64,000 nucleotides of DNA from Heptranchias perlo (taxonomy: Eukaryota). Under the pieces are notes generated by a model that did not search any database, was not told the DNA's origin, and saw only the letters and a program-made list of their open reading frames with translations. This document shows, in pieces, positions 63,501-64,000 of this stretch; the stretch's first letter is position 1, and each line of letters starts with the position of its first letter. Both the position numbers and the translations under genes were made by a program. The stretch spans positions 86,304,001 to 86,368,000 of the forward strand of contig NC_090328.1 of the NCBI RefSeq assembly GCF_035084215.1. The letters are read 5' to 3'.

Positions 63501-64000
63501 CCTATGCTGTAGGCAAACTGCGCAGAAAACATATCTAATTAAACTGTTCAATACATCAATGATTCTCAAAACACCACTGATGTCTGATGATCAAGAGTGC
63601 AACATGAACAGAATCTGTCACTTGATCAGTAAGCCAAATTCCACCCAGTCCTGTAGAACTACACTCAACAGCTGCTTGGCCAAACAACACGGAAAATGAG
63701 TTGGACAGATGTGGAGCACTGCATAAATATACAAGGTGCATCTTGTATTCAGTTTCTACAGGAAGTTCAAAACTTGCATCATTAGTTTGGAGCAGTAAAC
63801 CACTGTAAATCTCTAACACATCAACACTGTCTGCAGTTCCCACATCTGTTTTTAAATATGTGTCATATAATTAACAGATTGTGTATAAAGTAATTCTCTG
63901 TCAAATCATCATCTTATAGCTAAGGATTCTGATAAACCAATGAATATATCTCTCTTATTCCCAACTGTGGGAGGCATTACTAGACTTATGATTTGTTTCA

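Noticed and set aside
63556-63846. 95-aa minus-strand ORF after an AACAG, possible terminal exon
   Set aside because: Weak polypyrimidine tract and no recognisable homology to PGM5, CBWD or other proteins.

Overview
Vertebrate nuclear DNA, most likely from a cartilaginous fish (inferred from the CR1, L2 and Deu-type SINE repertoire and the FoxD5-type protein), not prokaryotic. The only intact host gene I can support is an intronless FoxD5 (FoxD4/5) forkhead gene at 55086-56174 (+), with a TATA/NRF1/ETS promoter inside a broad CpG-retaining domain. The other ~55 kb is mostly layered transposon debris: CR1 LINEs, a Zenon-like CR1-group LINE, L2, tRNA-derived SINEs, and many PIF/Harbinger remnants and MITEs with 3-bp TSDs. 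The most notable signals are: (i) two young TSD-flanked, inverted-repeat mini-elements carrying minimal hammerhead ribozyme cores 0.7-2.7 kb upstream of the FoxD5 TATA box; (ii) a CR1 RT frame joined in frame to a Harbinger transposase, probably by a deletion in a nested insertion; (iii) about seven Harbinger Myb/SANT-gene remnants against one transposase remnant, with a twin TTTAAG motif spaced 20-21 bp; (iv) a ~60-nt hairpin-only LINE insertion, an 82-bp locally templated duplication and a palindromic 26-bp minisatellite. Family names come from motif recall, not database searches, and boundaries of old repeats are approximate.
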